From assembly GCF_022539665.2 (NCBI RefSeq), contig NC_081332.1:6944001-7008000 (forward strand): 64,000 nucleotides of DNA, given 5' to 3'. Every line of letters begins with the position of its first letter. Position 1 is the first letter of the stretch. A program made the position numbers and the translations under genes. Below, piece after piece: positions 61,208 through 64,000 of the stretch. Under the pieces are notes generated by a model. It did not search any database, was not told the DNA's origin, and saw only the letters and a list, made by a program, of their open reading frames with translations. The stretch is from Daphnia carinata (lineage: Eukaryota).

Positions 61208-62364
61208 TATCGGGTAAAATTTTTCAATGCGAAAAGAAACCTATTTCTGATGATGATATGATAATGATTAATAAAATTCCTTACGTAAGGATTAAAAAAA
61301 CTTTTAATTGTATCGAACGGTTTCTTGTTTTTCTTCTGAACCACTGAAACAATCTGCTAAAATAAGTCAAAACAGTATTTCTTCGTTCAGTGTTCGCCAT
61401 TACGGTTAGGCTTTGTTCGGAGACGGATCTCTCGAACATCCGCCAACCCAACAGTCATTATTAACTAACCGGTCAGCCTAGTTCATGAACATTTTCATGA
61501 GATCTTTTTTGCAGTTATAAACGATAAGAAAACACAATACAATTTTCACACATTAGAGAAGAAATAATATTTTAAAGTCTTACTGACGAAGCTTCAAATT
61601 GCCTATTCAAAGTATTATTCGCGCTTTTTTCGTCATTTTTTTTACAAATTTTGCAGTATAAGGCACCGGGGTTTTATGTAAGTTTGCTACTTGTTTTCGC
61701 CGAACAGGTCGCGTTTTAAATGAAGCTCCACAGATCTCATAAATATGTAAACGGCCGCAACAGTAGATAGCGTGCTGTTATAATATAACAAAAACTTCAT
61801 CACGGGGAAACGTGTTGGATGTGGAATGTCGTAGGCCTACCTTTCAACTGCGATTTTCAAAGACGAATCTTTAAACCGATTCTGTCAAGACACGAAATCT
61901 AAAGCGAGATCCGATTTCGAACGGGATTGCGTGAAGCAGGCTTTTAAAATAAAAGCTTGTAATATATTGAATTACATGAATATTTAAACTGCTTGGATAA
62001 ATAGTAATAGAAGGATACGTGCTGTTTTCGCGTTTTTGGTCTTTTGAATGTTTTTACGCATAGTAGCGCATATGGGGTCATCATGCGTGATGAGTATCAC
62101 GGACGCAGCGATTATAATGCACTTTTCTTGTGGTGCGTAATCACAATAAGACTCCGTCGGCAATATTTTGTTATTACTTTCATATTTTTCTGTAACTTCT
62201 ATTTTTACGGATAGCTCTTTACAGGGGATACATTGAATCCACAATCGATGCGCATCCCCGTGGAACGTATTTGCCTATGGCGCTCATACAAATGAAGATG
62301 TGTGGTTTTATAGGCTAAAGTGGAATACTTTCAAACCTTAATACTTTTCACCTCTAATATATAT

Positions 62365-62924
62365 TGTAACAGTACACTTGGACGCGAACGTCCAATGTAG
62401 CAGGGGTCTTTTCTGTTTTTAACGAGATTGGAGCGTTATGGCCACCGGCTAGTCTTGATAGTTACTCTTCGGTCTGAAATTAATTCAATACAGATTCGAA
62501 GTTTAACATGTCAGGCCGCCGGGCCTCTACACTATCGACAATCAATGAACCACCGCACACTCACACTCAAACTCACCAAACCAACACTGTCTGAACAAAC
62601 ACCAATTGTCACTCTACTAACGAAATGTCGATCGAAAAAAACTAAAAACAATAATTGAATCTTACTCTCTCTGTATCGTTCTTCCCTACTTTTTGTCCTA
62701 CCTTTTTTTTTATAAACTTCTCGCCACCAACGCAAAACCCACGATCCCCTGACGCAAGATCGACGACAATCTTGCATCATTCCCGGGATCCTTTTACATT
62801 TCCGGATGTTCGTTTTGATTTCGGTTTCTCCCAAGGGTTTAGGGCAACCTTCAAATGACTTTTTTATTTCTAGTTTTATTTTTATTTCCTGATTAACAAA
62901 ACTAACATTTTAAATTTCGTTACA
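62365..62924 (-). repeat. Probable 3' LTR of the right-edge Gypsy element
   Basis: TGTAAC...GTTACA termini. A G-rich tract (gtggggcgggaa) lies between the integrase stop and the LTR on the minus strand. Confidence 0.65.
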
Positions 62925-62959
62925 AAGATTCCCGCCCCACAAAGTGATCGACCCGATCA

Positions 62960-64000
62960 CTAACAATACTTAGTACATTTTTCATGACTCCGCAGATAGT
63001 AGGGATTATTTTTCAACGTCCTCCTCAATCGACATTTATTTTTGCTCTTACGTTCTGTTGCCTGCCCGAAACTTCTATGAGAACTGGGGTTACTCCGCTC
63101 AGCATCCAGACTTTTCGACGTATCGCTCCGCGATCCGACTGGCCTTTCAGGTCCTTCTCCCCCCGCGAGACCAGACCTATGTCCCATGGACGTCTGCGTA
63201 TTCACGAGCGGGTCCATCGTACCCTCTTGCCGTCGAACCCGACCGCGATCCCCGGTTACAGACACTTCTTTGTTACTATGAAGGCTGACAACAGAACCGG
63301 CTTCCAAGTCATTTCTAATAAAGAACATTTTCATTCGACTAACGTGGACAACATCACATAATCCCTTCTTCCTGCGGCAACTTGTTAAGAGATAATTTAA
63401 ATCGTTCAATTTTTTAACTACCCTGAACGGGCCAAAATACCGACACATAAGTTTTTCAGAACGACCCTTCCGTCGGAGTAGAGTGAAAACTAATACTAAT
63501 TTCCCAGGATCATAGGACATCGGTATACGTCTTTGATTATAATGGTAGCGCTGTTTCGCACGGACGATCGCTAACTTACGGCGCACGTCTTCCTGTAGGG
63601 ACTGTATTTGATTGGCATACCGAAATATCGAAGGGACATCGGGGTGACGGTCAACTTCATTAAAACGATTTTTTAACTCCACGTCTATCGGTAGATTTGC
63701 CTCACGTCCATACAGTAAATAGAAGGGGCTACAACCAATGGAATCCTGGCGGCTGGTATTATACCCGAAAGTCACGTACGATAATATTTGATCCCAATTC
63801 TTTTGGTTAGTGTTGACGTACATTGATAGCATTTGGGCCAGGGTTCGGTTATAGCGCTCCACTAGGCCGTTACACTGTGGATGATAGGCGGTCGTCATGA
63901 TATGCTTACTTTTCAAATCGGAAAATAGCTGTTTGAAAAATTTGGAAGTAAAATATCGCCCCGATCTGTCAACAGTTTCAACGGTACTCCATGTTGTAAG
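62960..64000 (-). CDS. Gypsy integrase C-terminal part, truncated by the window edge
   Basis: TTAYHPQCNGLVERYN, SPFYLLYGR, GPF motif, VVHVSRMK. Confidence 0.9.
   Translation of the reverse strand, partial: LTTWSTVETVDRSGRYFTSKFFKQLFSDLKSKHIMTTAYHPQCNGLVERYNRTLAQMLSMYVNTNQKNWDQILSYVTFGYNTSRQDSIGCSPFYLLYGREANLPIDVELKNRFNEVDRHPDVPSIFRYANQIQSLQEDVRRKLAIVRAKQRYHYNQRRIPMSYDPGKLVLVFTLLRRKGRSEKLMCRYFGPFRVVKKLNDLNYLLTSCRRKKGLCDVVHVSRMKMFFIRNDLEAGSVVSLHSNKEVSVTGDRGRVRRQEGTMDPLVNTQTSMGHRSGLAGGEGPERPVGSRSDTSKSLDAERSNPSSHRSFGQATERKSKNKCRLRRTLKNNPYYLRSHEKCTKYC

Noticed and set aside
61390..62340. Short Cys-containing ORF 61984-62244 as a gene
   Set aside because: No recognisable domain or exon structure.

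Overview
Eukaryotic, transposon-dense window. The ~60-75 bp introns and the TE families suggest an arthropod, possibly a Daphnia-like crustacean (inference). One host gene is recognisable: a 5-exon unorthodox aquaporin (AQP11/12-like) at 60161-61207. The rest is mostly a TE landscape: an open Ty3/Gypsy gag-pol at the left edge, a DIRS RT relic, a TA-flanked MITE inside an old integrase, an intron-containing DD38E Tc1-like element with 577-bp TIRs, a Tol2-like hAT, and another Gypsy 3' end at the right edge. The centre (18-53 kb) is a four-level nest. An old Gypsy (D) is split by a 30.5-kb three-LTR block made of two related retrovirus-like Gypsy copies (A, B). Copy A is interrupted by a foldback/MULE-like element, which is in turn interrupted by a young env-bearing Gypsy (C). 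The most striking system is family A/B. It has a leader splice donor and a splice acceptor directly before env. Its ~1,350-aa env looks like a class III (rhabdovirus-G/gB-type) fusogen with two ricin-B-like lectin domains and a mucin stalk inserted in it. After env sits a variable accessory slot: an ankyrin-repeat ORF in A and unrelated sequence in B. All calls were made by eye; no database searches were run.
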